A DNA stretch of 64,000 nt, from assembly GCA_958296135.2 (NCBI GenBank), contig CATQHZ020000001.1, forward strand, positions 2,816,001 through 2,880,000, read 5' to 3'. Below are positions 1 through 10,045 of the stretch, in pieces; the first letter of the stretch is position 1; each line of letters starts with the position of its first letter. The notes below the pieces were generated by a model. That model saw only the letters and a list, made by a program, of their open reading frames with translations, had not been told where the DNA came from and made no database searches. Made by a program: the position numbers and the translations under genes. The stretch comes from an uncultured Poribacteria bacterium (GTDB lineage Bacteria > Poribacteria > WGA-4E > WGA-3G).

Positions 1-706
1 TGTGGACATGATAAATCCGATCGCTCAGCCGCTCAAGAAACGCGACGTAATCAACACCTTGATAGCCGAGATGGCTCGGGTCATAGTTGAACCCGAACGT
101 TTTCCTGCCATCAAGTGCCTCAATCGCGCGCTCCGCCGTGACGATGTCAAACGCAATCTCGGTGGGATGCACCTCAAGCCCGAATTTGACACCGACTTCG
201 TCAAAGACATCAAAAATCGGATGCCAGCGGTTCGCGAAGTCTTCAAAGCCTGCATCGATTTGCCCCGGGGCGTTCGGCGGGAATGAGTAGAGCAGGTGCC
301 AGATCGAACTGCCAGTGAAGCCGTTGACAACGTTCACGCCGAGTTTTGCTGCCGCGCGCGCCGTGTTCTTCATCTCTTCCGCGGCGCGTTCTTGAACACC
401 ACCCGGGTCTCCATCGCCCCACACATAGGCCGGCACGATGCCTTGATGACGCGCATCGATGTTATCGCAAACCGCCTGTCCGACGAGATGATTGCTCACC
501 GCCCAGACCTTCAGGCCATATTTGGCGAGCAAGTCGTGCCGGCCTTGGCAGTAGCCGTCCTCGGCGAGGGCCTTGTCCACCTCAAAATGGTCTCCCCAGC
601 AGGCGAGTTCTAAGCCGTCGTAGCCCCATCCGCTCGCCTTCTGTGCAAGTTCTTCAAGTGTTAAATCTGCCCATTGTCCTGTAAACAGTGTCACGGGTCT
701 TGCCAT
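1..706 (-). CDS. Sugar phosphate isomerase/epimerase (xylose-isomerase TIM barrel, IolE-like), 3' end outside window
   Basis: Manual translation from ATG 706: [41 protein letters not shown]; AGGAGG RBS upstream; follows a Gfo/Idh/MocA gene. Confidence 0.85.
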   Translation of the reverse strand, partial: MARPVTLFTGQWADLTLEELAQKASGWGYDGLELACWGDHFEVDKALAEDGYCQGRHDLLAKYGLKVWAVSNHLVGQAVCDNIDARHQGIVPAYVWGDGDPGGVQERAAEEMKNTARAAAKLGVNVVNGFTGSSIWHLLYSFPPNAPGQIDAGFEDFANRWHPIFDVFDEVGVKFGLEVHPTEIAFDIVTAERAIEALDGRKTFGFNYDPSHLGYQGVDYVAFLERLSDRIYHVH

Positions 707-757
707 GTTATTCCTCCTATTGAAACCACCGCGAGGGACAGGCCCCCGCGCTACGTG

Positions 758-1930
758 TTAGGCCGGTGGTGTATACCGCGCGTCTACCCAGCCGCGCTGC
801 TGCCCGCTCTCCACAGCGGTGTTGATGAAGTGCACGCCGCGCGCCCCATCTTGGACTGTGGGGAAATCGGTGTCAAATTCACTCGGCACCTCGCCTGCGC
901 TCTTGGCAGCCATCGTGCGAGTGGCGTTGACGTAGATGTTCGCGAACGCTTCAATGAACGCCTCCGGATGCCCAAACGGGATGCGGCTGTTGTGCTGAAC
1001 AATCTCCGCCAGATAGTCGTTGCCGCGCTTGTAAACCTGCTCCGGCCCATCGGGGAACCGGACATAGAGATAATTCGGGTTTTCCTGATGCCAGTCCAAG
1101 GAAGCATCGGTGCCATAGACGCGGATGCGCAGGTTATTCTCTTCACCGACAGAGATTTGCGAGGCGAACAGCACGCCGCGAACCCCGTTTTCATAATGCA
1201 CGAGCAGATTTCCATCGTCTTCTAACAGCCTGCCCTCAACAAACGTCGTCATGTCGGCGCAGATTGCTTCCATTTCAAGCCCGGTGATGTAGTGCGCCAG
1301 ATTTTCTGCATGCGAACCGATATCCCCGATACAGGACGAAGCACCGGCTTGCTTCGGATCTGTGCGCCAGACAGCTTGCTTCGCGCCTTCGTCTTCCAAA
1401 AACGTAGAAAGCCATCCCTGCGGATATTCTACCACAATCTTGCGAATCGTGCCGAGTTTTCCTTCGCGGACAAGCGCGCGCGCCTGCTTCACCATCGGGT
1501 AACCAGTGTAGTTATGCGTCAGCGCGAAAACGACATCGCGCGCCTTGACGAGGCGGCATAACTCCTCCGCATCGGCTACCGTTGTCGTCATCGGTTTATC
1601 GCAGACGACGTGGAACCCTGCTTCGATGAAGGTTTTGGCGACATCAAAATGAACGTGATTGGGTGTCACGATTGAGACAAAATCGATGCGTTCGCCTTCG
1701 GGGAGTCGGCTCTCTTTTTCCGCCATCTCCTTGTAGGAACCGTAGACTCGGTTTTTGTCAAGGAAGAGTTCCGCGCCTTGCTGGCGCGATTTTTCGGGGG
1801 ATGATGAAAACGCGCCTGCAACCAAATCAATTTCGCCATCAAGTGCCGCGGCTTTCCGGTGAACACCTCCAATGAAGGCATCTGGCCCACCGCCTACCAT
1901 TCCATACCGTATTTTTCTACCAAGTGGCAT
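758..1930 (-). CDS. Gfo/Idh/MocA family oxidoreductase
   Basis: GMVGGG Rossmann start, VTPNHVH, HVVCDKP, GDIGSH motifs. Confidence 0.9.
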   Translation of the reverse strand: MPLGRKIRYGMVGGGPDAFIGGVHRKAAALDGEIDLVAGAFSSSPEKSRQQGAELFLDKNRVYGSYKEMAEKESRLPEGERIDFVSIVTPNHVHFDVAKTFIEAGFHVVCDKPMTTTVADAEELCRLVKARDVVFALTHNYTGYPMVKQARALVREGKLGTIRKIVVEYPQGWLSTFLEDEGAKQAVWRTDPKQAGASSCIGDIGSHAENLAHYITGLEMEAICADMTTFVEGRLLEDDGNLLVHYENGVRGVLFASQISVGEENNLRIRVYGTDASLDWHQENPNYLYVRFPDGPEQVYKRGNDYLAEIVQHNSRIPFGHPEAFIEAFANIYVNATRTMAAKSAGEVPSEFDTDFPTVQDGARGVHFINTAVESGQQRGWVDARYTPPA

Positions 1931-2187
1931 AGTCCGTATTTCCTTTCGTCAAAAAATAAATGTATTTGGATTGATAGGTATTATCTCATGTTTCATTAAA
2001 TTTTTCAAGTTTTTTTGTGTCTGCACAGAACAATTCGGTTTTCAGTTTCCGATAGCAACAGTGAAAATCAACACCGGTCCTCTCCCTGTAGGGCAGGTTC
2101 GCCCCATCCTGACCTGTTTGCGCTCGGGAGATCGCAAACTACAGATATTAGGATAACTAAATGCCTCTGAATGTTAATCTTTTTAAC

Positions 2188-2255
2188 TTGCAAACGGTTT
2201 GCAAAAATGCTATACTTTTAATGTCAGGTTTCACGACTTTGGAAAAACGTTTCCA
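2188..2255. promoter_or_regulatory. Two LacI-type operator-like palindromes overlapping or just downstream of a sigma70-like promoter
   Basis: TTGCAAACGGTTTGCAA (~2188-2204) and GGAAAAACGTTTCC (~2241-2254); TGCTATACT extended -10 at ~2208-2216. Confidence 0.5.
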
Positions 2256-2285
2256 GATTGAGGGTGTTAGACTCATAAAAAAAGT

Positions 2286-2314
2286 TTGACATCATAACTG
2301 TTTTGTGGTATTCT
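2286..2314 (+). promoter_or_regulatory. Sigma70-like promoter of the methylase operon
   Basis: TTGACA-17 bp-TATTCT with extended TG. Confidence 0.6.
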
Positions 2315-2345
2315 ACCTAAAAAGCCTTTGAGAGGGTAGCGGGAA

Positions 2346-3371
2346 ATGATTAAAGCGATTGACTTCTTCTGCGGCGCAGGCGGGTTAACAAGAGGGCTGC
2401 TAAATGCAGGTGTCTCTGTGCTCGCGGGTGTTGATAACGATGAACGTTTGCGAAAAACCTATATGCATAATAACGCGCCGAGCCGTTTCATCAATAGCGA
2501 CATCAACGCGGTCAAAATCCATGAATTCCGGAAAGAACTCGGCATTCAAGCTGAGGACGTAACGCTTTACGCTGCCTGCACACCGTGCCAACCTTTCTCT
2601 ACCTTGAGCCGGTTGAAAGGGAAGGATGAACGGAAATTCCTCCTACTAGTTTTCGCACAAATCGTGGAAGAATACCCACCGGACTTTATCCTCGTTGAGA
2701 ATGTGCCCGGGCTGAATAACGGTGCTGGAAAGGATATCTACGAGGAATTCACGCGGGTTCTGGAACGGTGCGGATTTTCGGCGTATGCAGGTTTATTGGA
2801 CGCGAAACATTTCGGCGTGCCGCAAACGCGCAAACGGTTCATCCTCGTCGCATCCCGAGACGCGAATGTGTCCCTGCCTATCCCACAGACAAAAGCAGAC
2901 CGGTTCGCAACCGTGAGGGAGTCTATTGAAAAGTATCCTGCTATCGCTGATGGCGAAGAATCAAACGCGTATCCGAACCATGTCGCGAGGCAGCTGCAAC
3001 CGCATCACAAACGCATTGTTGAAGCAGTTCCGAAAGATGGCGGGAGCCGGCTGGATGTGTCCGATACGTCGCTGCTGCTAACGTGTCATCAAAAGAACCC
3101 TAAGGCGCATAGCAATGTATTTAGTCGGATGGCGTGGGACGCGCCGAGCCCAACGTTGACAAGCCGCTGCGCTGACGTTTATAGTGGGCGTTTTGTCCAT
3201 CCAGAACAGCATCGAGGGCTCTCCTTGCGGGAGGCGGCTGCCCTACAAACTTTCGATGATGATTACGAATTTTTCGGAGCATCTATTTCCGGAATATCAC
3301 GCCAGATTGGGAACGCTGTCCCCGTAAAACTTGCAGAACAATTGGGGAGAGCCATACGAACTGTCTGTTGA
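2346..3371 (+). CDS. DNA (cytosine-5)-methyltransferase
   Basis: Motif I FCGAGG, catalytic PCQPFS, ENV, PQTRKR, LSLREAAALQTF, IGNAVP. Confidence 0.95.
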   Translation: MIKAIDFFCGAGGLTRGLLNAGVSVLAGVDNDERLRKTYMHNNAPSRFINSDINAVKIHEFRKELGIQAEDVTLYAACTPCQPFSTLSRLKGKDERKFLLLVFAQIVEEYPPDFILVENVPGLNNGAGKDIYEEFTRVLERCGFSAYAGLLDAKHFGVPQTRKRFILVASRDANVSLPIPQTKADRFATVRESIEKYPAIADGEESNAYPNHVARQLQPHHKRIVEAVPKDGGSRLDVSDTSLLLTCHQKNPKAHSNVFSRMAWDAPSPTLTSRCADVYSGRFVHPEQHRGLSLREAAALQTFDDDYEFFGASISGISRQIGNAVPVKLAEQLGRAIRTVC

Positions 3372-3390
3372 CAGTCAAGGTAAGCACACG

Positions 3391-5313
3391 ATGAATCAGG
3401 AAATCAATCGTTCCAAAAAGCCCTATCAAATGAAGTTTGATATCGGCACCATTAAGCACCTCGGTTTGCAGATGTATTCAACCTTGCCATCTGTCATCGG
3501 GGAATTGGTGGCCAACAGTTGGGATGCCGACGCAACCAGGGTTGAGATTAAGATCCCTGACAAGCCAATTGACGCGTCGTCGGAAATCGTCATTCGCGAT
3601 GATGGCATCGGTATGTCGGATGCGGATGTGCGAAATAAATATCTCATTATCGGGAGAGACCGGCGCGATGAGGAGAAGGCCGATCACACCCCGGCGCGTC
3701 GCCCTATCATGGGCAGAAAAGGCATCGGTAAATTTTCGGCGTTTGGCATCGCAAAGGAAATCGCTGTCGAAAGCGTGAAAAACGGAGAAGTCAGCTACTT
3801 CCGAATGAATTATGACGAACTCCTTGAAAACGCGGACAACCGAGAAATTGAACTACCGTCCGAGGATCCAACTGGAGATGTCACCAAAGGCACAACAGTG
3901 ACGCTCCGACATCTCACAAAATTCCAAACGCGTAGCATTTCAACTGGTACCCTTCGTCGCAGACTCGCCCGGCGATTCGCTGTCATCGGCGAGCAAAACA
4001 ACTTTGAAGTCGTCATTAACGGCAAATCCATTTCGCTGGAAGACCGGGACTTGCAACGCCTACTCGAAAAAGATATGGCCGATAAACCGTATCTGTGGGA
4101 ATACAACGAAGAAATTGAACCAGAAACTGGCTGGATAGTGTCAGGCTGGATCGGCTGCCTCAATCGGACATCGCCCGCCATCGATGGGATAGACCGCGGT
4201 ATCGCTCTGATGGCGAGAGGTAAATTAGTCCAAGAACCTTTTGTTTTCAACGCGGTTGGTGGACAACAGTTCGCGTTTTCTTACCTCATTGGCGAACTTC
4301 ACGCGGAATTCGTTGATGGACCGGAGGACACCATTGGAACAAGCCGGAACGTCTTGGTGTGGGACACGGAAGCAAACACCGCTCTCAAAAAGTGGGGACA
4401 AAAAGAGGTTAACAAAATTGCCCGCAGGTGGTCTAAGAAACGCCGTGAGGATAACGAACGGGGATTGCAAGAAAACCAACTGTATGTCAACTTTCGGCAG
4501 CGTGCAAAAGAAATAGGCAATACACGCGCGTTAAAATTGGCAGACCAATTAGTACGCCAAGTAATCAACAAGAATCCTACCGACGACGTTAAGGAACTTG
4601 AACCCCTCATCCAAAATTTTCTTGATTTTCTGGAGTTTGACACCTTTTGGGAAATCGCCAACGACTTAACCGAAGCCGAACTTGAAGACCCGGGAAAACT
4701 CCTGGATTTATTCAGGGAGTGGCAAATCGTCGAAGCCAAAGAGATGGAACGGGTTACCCGAGGCCGAATAGCCACCATCGAAAAACTTCAGAAACTCATC
4801 GAAACCAATGCGTTGGAAGTGCCAACACTCCATAATTTCCTACGCGAATTCCCTTGGGTCATCGACCCGCGTTGGGAATTGGTAGATGATGAGATTACAT
4901 ATACTAGATTGCTGCGTGAACAATTTCCCCAAAATAGTGATGTCCCAGAGACGAACAGGCGAATCGATTTTCTCTGTGTTAGCGAAAGGACAAATTTGGT
5001 CGTAGTGGAAATAAAACGCCCACAGTCACAGGCTTCTTGGGAAGATCTCGACCAAATTGAGGATTATGTCGGTTTTATGCGAGATCGCATTAAGCAGACA
5101 ACTGATTCGCGATATCGGGATGTCACGGGATACCTTCTTTGTGGCAGTCTAAGAGACCATTACAAAGTCAGGGAAAAGAAGGACAATTTAGAAGCAGCAC
5201 GAATCTACGTCAAGATGTACACGGATTTACTTCACACGGCAAAACGCGTCCATGCTGAATTCCTAGAACGCTACCAGCAATTGCGGGAAGCAAAACAAAA
5301 GGAAAAGGGGTAA
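3391..5313 (+). CDS. GHKL (MutL/MORC-like HATPase) ATPase fused to a C-terminal PD-(D/E)xK nuclease; probable restriction component
   Basis: ELVANSWDADA, DDGIGM, GRKGIGKF, GT boxes; C-terminal RRIDFL...VVVEIKRP; directly downstream of the Dcm gene. Confidence 0.85.
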   Translation: MNQEINRSKKPYQMKFDIGTIKHLGLQMYSTLPSVIGELVANSWDADATRVEIKIPDKPIDASSEIVIRDDGIGMSDADVRNKYLIIGRDRRDEEKADHTPARRPIMGRKGIGKFSAFGIAKEIAVESVKNGEVSYFRMNYDELLENADNREIELPSEDPTGDVTKGTTVTLRHLTKFQTRSISTGTLRRRLARRFAVIGEQNNFEVVINGKSISLEDRDLQRLLEKDMADKPYLWEYNEEIEPETGWIVSGWIGCLNRTSPAIDGIDRGIALMARGKLVQEPFVFNAVGGQQFAFSYLIGELHAEFVDGPEDTIGTSRNVLVWDTEANTALKKWGQKEVNKIARRWSKKRREDNERGLQENQLYVNFRQRAKEIGNTRALKLADQLVRQVINKNPTDDVKELEPLIQNFLDFLEFDTFWEIANDLTEAELEDPGKLLDLFREWQIVEAKEMERVTRGRIATIEKLQKLIETNALEVPTLHNFLREFPWVIDPRWELVDDEITYTRLLREQFPQNSDVPETNRRIDFLCVSERTNLVVVEIKRPQSQASWEDLDQIEDYVGFMRDRIKQTTDSRYRDVTGYLLCGSLRDHYKVREKKDNLEAARIYVKMYTDLLHTAKRVHAEFLERYQQLREAKQKEKG

Positions 5314-5329
5314 CCCAACACAGTTACCC

Positions 5330-8300
5330 CTACCCATCAACCCCCAATGCCCCCAATCCGGAAACAATCCCCACCGTCTCCACACTCAACCCAACCACCT
5401 GACGCACCAAGCGCACGATGGACTCCGCATCCGAAACGCAATTCGGATCGTTCACAATACCACTGCTTTTATCAGGTTTCACGCGATACTGGTCTACCAC
5501 CCACTCTAACGCCGAACGACTCCCTAACCGATACGCAAACGCCACCGCAGGAATCCCATCCAACGTCAGGAAATCGTTGTAGCGGAGGGATGTCCGATCT
5601 TTGGAAAATTTCATCTGCGACACACGCCAATCTAACGGCGCACCCGGCGTTTCAATTAACCGAAGCGTCCCATCAACTGGCAACTCCTCATAATGGAGAT
5701 GCAAGTGTGCCAACCGCTCTCCCGCCTTCACGAACTCCCAGAAATCTGGCGCGAACGGCATACGCGGCAAATCGCGCTTCAAATCTGCCTGATACCGCTC
5801 CCGATACTGGGGATGATGCAAGACACCGTAGCAATAGTGGAAAATGTCCCACTTCGTGATGCTCGCATCGCCGTAATGCGCACGAAACGCCGATAATGCC
5901 CACGCCGTAATGTTCTCACGACGGTTCGTGCCATCCTCATCGTAGGTGTAAAACGGAAAGCATTGCGCGATTTGGAGGAGCGCGCTGTTCGGAAGCACAT
6001 CCGCCATTAACACCTGAAACGGTTGGCTACTTCCGGTCGCGCTGACACAAATGACCTGGTTTTCTGTCTCAGTTTGAGGTGTGGGAAAAAAGGACGGAAG
6101 CAGGTAGATTACGTCGATGAGATGTCTGTCAAAATATAGATTCCTTTTTGTAAAGGGACGATAGAGCGTGGTCCGCATCTTCTCTTCGGCATACTCAGCA
6201 ATCTTGCCGCGTTTCAGTTTCGCTTTCAAGTCGCGACTCCAACTGATTTGCTGCTGATTGACGGTGACGAAATCATCGACGTTTGTCGCTGCCTTGTCCG
6301 CAAGTGCCTGCCACTGAAACATCTGGGTATTGTAGAAATCCATCGTTCTCCGAACGTTCTTGGCGAGGGCGCGTTTGTCGGCGTTAATCACCCAGGCATC
6401 CCGTCCGGTCTTGAAGCCGTTGCAGTATTGGTGGAAAATCACGCCAGATACATCGCCTTTCGTGGCTTTCGCTTCCTTCGTCCCCATCGGGATGAAAGAG
6501 GCAAACTCGGAGCGGAGCCCTTCCGTAATCCACGTATACCGCGCGTCCGGCTGAAGCCGCTGCCACGTAACGTTGCCGACGTGTTCGCGTGTCTTCAGGA
6601 AGTCAAACGTATCCTCTTTGCTCGCCTCCGCCGTTTCGTCGTTGTAAAAAATTCGAGGGGGGGGTCTCTCCTACCTGTCGAGACCGGGAGGTCTCTCCTA
6701 CCGGGGAGGCGGTTTGCGTTACCGTAGCGCGAGGGCCTGTCCCTCGCGAGGCCAAAGGGCCTACCGGAGAGGCGGTTCGAGACCGGGAGGTCTCTCCTAC
6801 CTGTCGAGACCGGGGGGTCTCTCCTACCGGGGATTTTTTGACAAAAATGTTGATGCTCACGCCGACCTGGATGCCGAAGACGTTGGCAGCACCGGGTTGT
6901 CCCTTGCGGATATTGCCGCCCATGTCAAACAGATACAGCGTGTCAAAATCTTGGGCGAGATGCTTCCGCATCCCATCAAACGACTGCCCAGTGATGAAGT
7001 TGTTATTCGTCACAAGCGCGACGATACCCGCGCCTTCAAGCCGCTTCAATGCCCAGAAGATCGCTTTCACATAGGGATCGTAGAGCATATTTGTGTTCGT
7101 TGAGGCAGAGTCTTGGACGTAGGTCTGCTGCACCTGCTTATCAAGGGCCGGGTACTTCCGATTCTTATTGTTGTCGTTTTCGTTCGTCTGCTTGGCGTTG
7201 TATGGCGGATTGCCGATGACGACAAACATCGGCGACTGCTTTTGCGTCTCAACCCGGCGCGTGTTATCCGGGGCGAACATCGTCACCTGCCGCGCATCCG
7301 TCACATCAAACGTATCCACAAGGCAGATTTTATCGTAAGGGAGATACTGCTGCGTCGCGACATAATACTCATGCTCAATGTTCATGCTCGCGATATAGTA
7401 GGGCAAAAGCAGCACCTCGTTGCAGTGGAGCTCCTCGCGATATTTCGACCGGAGTGCCGTTTTGTCGATTTCCTGCATCAGCCGCACGATGAAGTTGCCG
7501 GTGCCGACGAACGGATCGATGATGTTCACCCCGCTATCCGAAAGCGTCCTGTTGAACTCGGTTTTCAGGACATGCGAAACGCTCTTCACAATGAAATCGA
7601 CAATCGGCTGCGGCGTGTAGACGATGCCGTGCGTATCCGCAACCTTCACAGAGAAGCCTTGGAAGAACTGCTCATACACCGTGTTGATGAAGTGCTGTTT
7701 CTGCGCAAAGTCGATGAAAGTGGTGGCGGCGCGCTCAATAGCGGTATAGAACGGCTTGAGGCTTTTGAGAAACTCGGCACGGTTCCACTGCTGTGAGACG
7801 AGCGCGTCGACTACCTTCTCAATCTCGCGGGCGATGATATTCCGCCGCGTGAAATCGCGGTTATCGAAGACCGAGGTGAAAATCTGTTCGGTGAGGATAT
7901 GTTGAACAAGCATCTCTTCCACGGCAGCCCTTGCGAGATTCGGGTTAATCGCTTCTTGGCATTGGCGATAGAATTCGGCGAATGCCTCCTGAAACAGCGC
8001 GTTGGTCTCCGCTTCGGCGCGGATAAGTGCCGCCAGTTGTTTGCCGAGTGCCGGCACTTTGCCCTTGAATTCGGCGACGGCGCGATACCAATTGGCAATG
8101 TCCGTCTGTTCGTAGTTGAAAAAGGCGCGTAGCACTTGAGCCAGGGCATCCCGATTGGAAATATCCACGTCCAGTACCTGTTCGCCGTTCTGATAGAGAA
8201 TCGCGCGTTTGGGGGTTTGGAAGAGGATGTTATCTGTCGGGTAACCTGCGGCGAATTTCTTGTCGATTTCGGCGGGGAGCTCATCGTGCAGGTCCTTCGC

Positions 8301-8552
8301 TTCCCAGTAGCCGCGCGGCAGCCCGAATTCGTTATCAACCAACATGCCATCGACGACAATGGTGGTATGTTGCGGCGTGCGGAGACGTTTCTCGCAGACA
8401 AGCGTGAGGTTACCCTGCCGAGCGTAGTGCTGGAGGAGCGTTCCGAAAGCAAGTCGCACTGCGCCTTCGTGCGTTTCACCGAGGTGTTCGTATTGCCCCA
8501 GTTCGGCGTAAAAATTCGTTATCGGTTTGTGCGTCGGTTTGATGTCAATCAT
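5330..8552 (-). pseudogene. Type IIG/ISP-like restriction-modification enzyme (nuclease + N6 methylase + LlaBIII-like specificity domain), frameshifted at a C8 tract (6657-6664)
   Basis: ORF 6603-8552: VDG..YWEAK nuclease, GIVYTP, DPFVGTGNF, GNPPY. The shifted frame continues RIFYNDETAEASKEDTFDFL...WITEGLRSEF into ORF 5330-6487 (GFKTGRDAW, YRPF, LKRDLPRMP, YRLGSRSALEWVVDQY). Confidence 0.85.
6657..6832. repeat. Cluster of GTAG-REP-like palindromes inside the RM gene
   Basis: Repeated GTAGGAGAGACCTCCCGGTCTCGA and GTAGCGCGAGGGCCTGTCCCTCGCG; translated as VGETSRSR and SRGTGPRAT. Confidence 0.9.
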
Positions 8553-8677
8553 TGATGTCCTAAATGCTCCACCGGTAGGCGAGGCGGGGCGATGACTTTA
8601 TCGGTTTGTGCGTCGGTTTGATGTCAATCATTGATGTCCTCAATGCTCCACCGGTAGGCGAGGCGGGGCGATGACTT
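8519..8677. repeat. 79-bp tandem duplication covering the RBS and first 11 codons of the RM gene
   Basis: ATCGGTTTGTGCGTCGGTTTGATGTCAATCATTGATGTCC... at 8521 and 8600; one internal mismatch. Confidence 0.95.
8560..8631 (-). CDS. Putative 23-aa leader peptide MIDIKPTHKPIKSSPRLAYRWSI created by the duplication
   Basis: GAGGACATCAATG start in the upstream copy; TAG stop 7 nt before the RM start codon. Confidence 0.4.
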   Translation of the reverse strand: MIDIKPTHKPIKSSPRLAYRWSI

Positions 8678-8682
8678 TGGCG

Positions 8683-10038
8683 TTACTTCTTCACCGCGCC
8701 AAACGTCACCCCTCGCAATAAATGGCGCCGCATCAGAAAGGTGAAAATCGCCACTGGCAATAGAAAAACAAACGTTCCCGCCGCAATCTTCCCCCAATCC
8801 ATGCCGGTAGAGCCAGTCGCGCTAGTAATCGAAGGCGGCGCGGTCACCGCTCTGCCGCCGACTTCCGTTAGCACGAGTGCGAAGGCGAATTCGTTCCACG
8901 CCGTGATGAGACAGAATACCGCAGTCGCCGCCATCCCCGTTACAGATTGCGGCAGCACTACCTTCAGGAACGTTTGGAAGCGCGTGTAGCCATCGACGAG
9001 CGCGGCATCCTCATACTCCCTCGGAATCTCGTCAATAAATCCTTTCATCAGCCAGACTGCGAACGAAACGTTGAACGTCGTATAGAGTAGGATAAGCCCG
9101 AAGTGCGTATCGCGTAGCCCCAGCGCGCTATACATCAGATAAATCGGAATGACGACAACGACAGGCGGCAGCATCCGAGTGCTGAGGATAAAAAAGAGAA
9201 GATCATCCTTCCCAGCAACGTCGAATCGGGAGAAGGCGTAGGCGGCTAACGTGCCTAATCCAACGGCGAGAATTGTGCTACCCCCACCGATGATAATGCT
9301 ATTGAGCAGTTGATAGAAATACTTAGAACCGCCGTTTGCCAATACAACACAGACTGCAATCGTTGCAAAAATAGTGGGACCGATAAAGGCGAGGTGTTGC
9401 CTTTCGGTATCCTGTGGTGGTGCCGAACGCGCGCCACGTCTCCACAACGCGCTCATTGATGAAGGGAAAATGAGGAGATAGGCAGCCACAGCGCACACTA
9501 TCAGCGTCCAAAAGTGGAAACGGACATCCGCTTGGAGGCGGCTCTGAAGCGGCGGCAAACTGAAAAAACTATAGATGCACGTCACAACGAAGATGCCGTT
9601 CCAGACTAAGCCGATGCCCCTCGCTTTTGCAGGCGCGCCCGCCCGGTCGCGCCTCCCCCCGGTAGGAGAGACCTCCCGGTCTCGATTCCCCTCGGTAGGA
9701 GAGACCTCCCGGTCTCGATTGCTTCCCGATTCCTCCCTGTCCCGATTGCTTCCCTGTCCCGATTGCTTCCCTGCAATTGAAAAAAACGCGAACAGGAGCA
9801 TCCCACCAATTGCCTCCACGATAAAGATGAACGCCACCCCCGGTACATCTGCCGAGATCAACTTCTGATAATTTTCCAGCGAAATACTAAAAATGAACTT
9901 GGGGAGTTTAGTGTGGATATCCCCCGGTGCCTTCAGCGATGTCGCCACAATCCAATAAATCGGGACGATATAGAGAACTACGGTGACTGCGATGAGCGCG
10001 ATGATGAGGTAGTGTCCAAAGGTTTTCCGATTCTGCAT
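8683..10038 (-). CDS. Carbohydrate ABC transporter permease (MalG-like) with a large internal insertion containing REP-derived peptides
   Basis: EAA motif EYEDAALVDGY, AWNEF; insert NRDREVSPT x2. Confidence 0.9.
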   Translation of the reverse strand: MQNRKTFGHYLIIALIAVTVVLYIVPIYWIVATSLKAPGDIHTKLPKFIFSISLENYQKLISADVPGVAFIFIVEAIGGMLLFAFFSIAGKQSGQGSNRDREESGSNRDREVSPTEGNRDREVSPTGGRRDRAGAPAKARGIGLVWNGIFVVTCIYSFFSLPPLQSRLQADVRFHFWTLIVCAVAAYLLIFPSSMSALWRRGARSAPPQDTERQHLAFIGPTIFATIAVCVVLANGGSKYFYQLLNSIIIGGGSTILAVGLGTLAAYAFSRFDVAGKDDLLFFILSTRMLPPVVVVIPIYLMYSALGLRDTHFGLILLYTTFNVSFAVWLMKGFIDEIPREYEDAALVDGYTRFQTFLKVVLPQSVTGMAATAVFCLITAWNEFAFALVLTEVGGRAVTAPPSITSATGSTGMDWGKIAAGTFVFLLPVAIFTFLMRRHLLRGVTFGAVKK

Positions 10039-10045
10039 AAGCGTG

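Noticed and set aside
6657-6832. REP clusters (also 23115-23405 and 59072-59243) as CRISPR arrays
   Set aside because: Spacers are short, repeated or near-identical, orientations are mixed, and there are no cas genes
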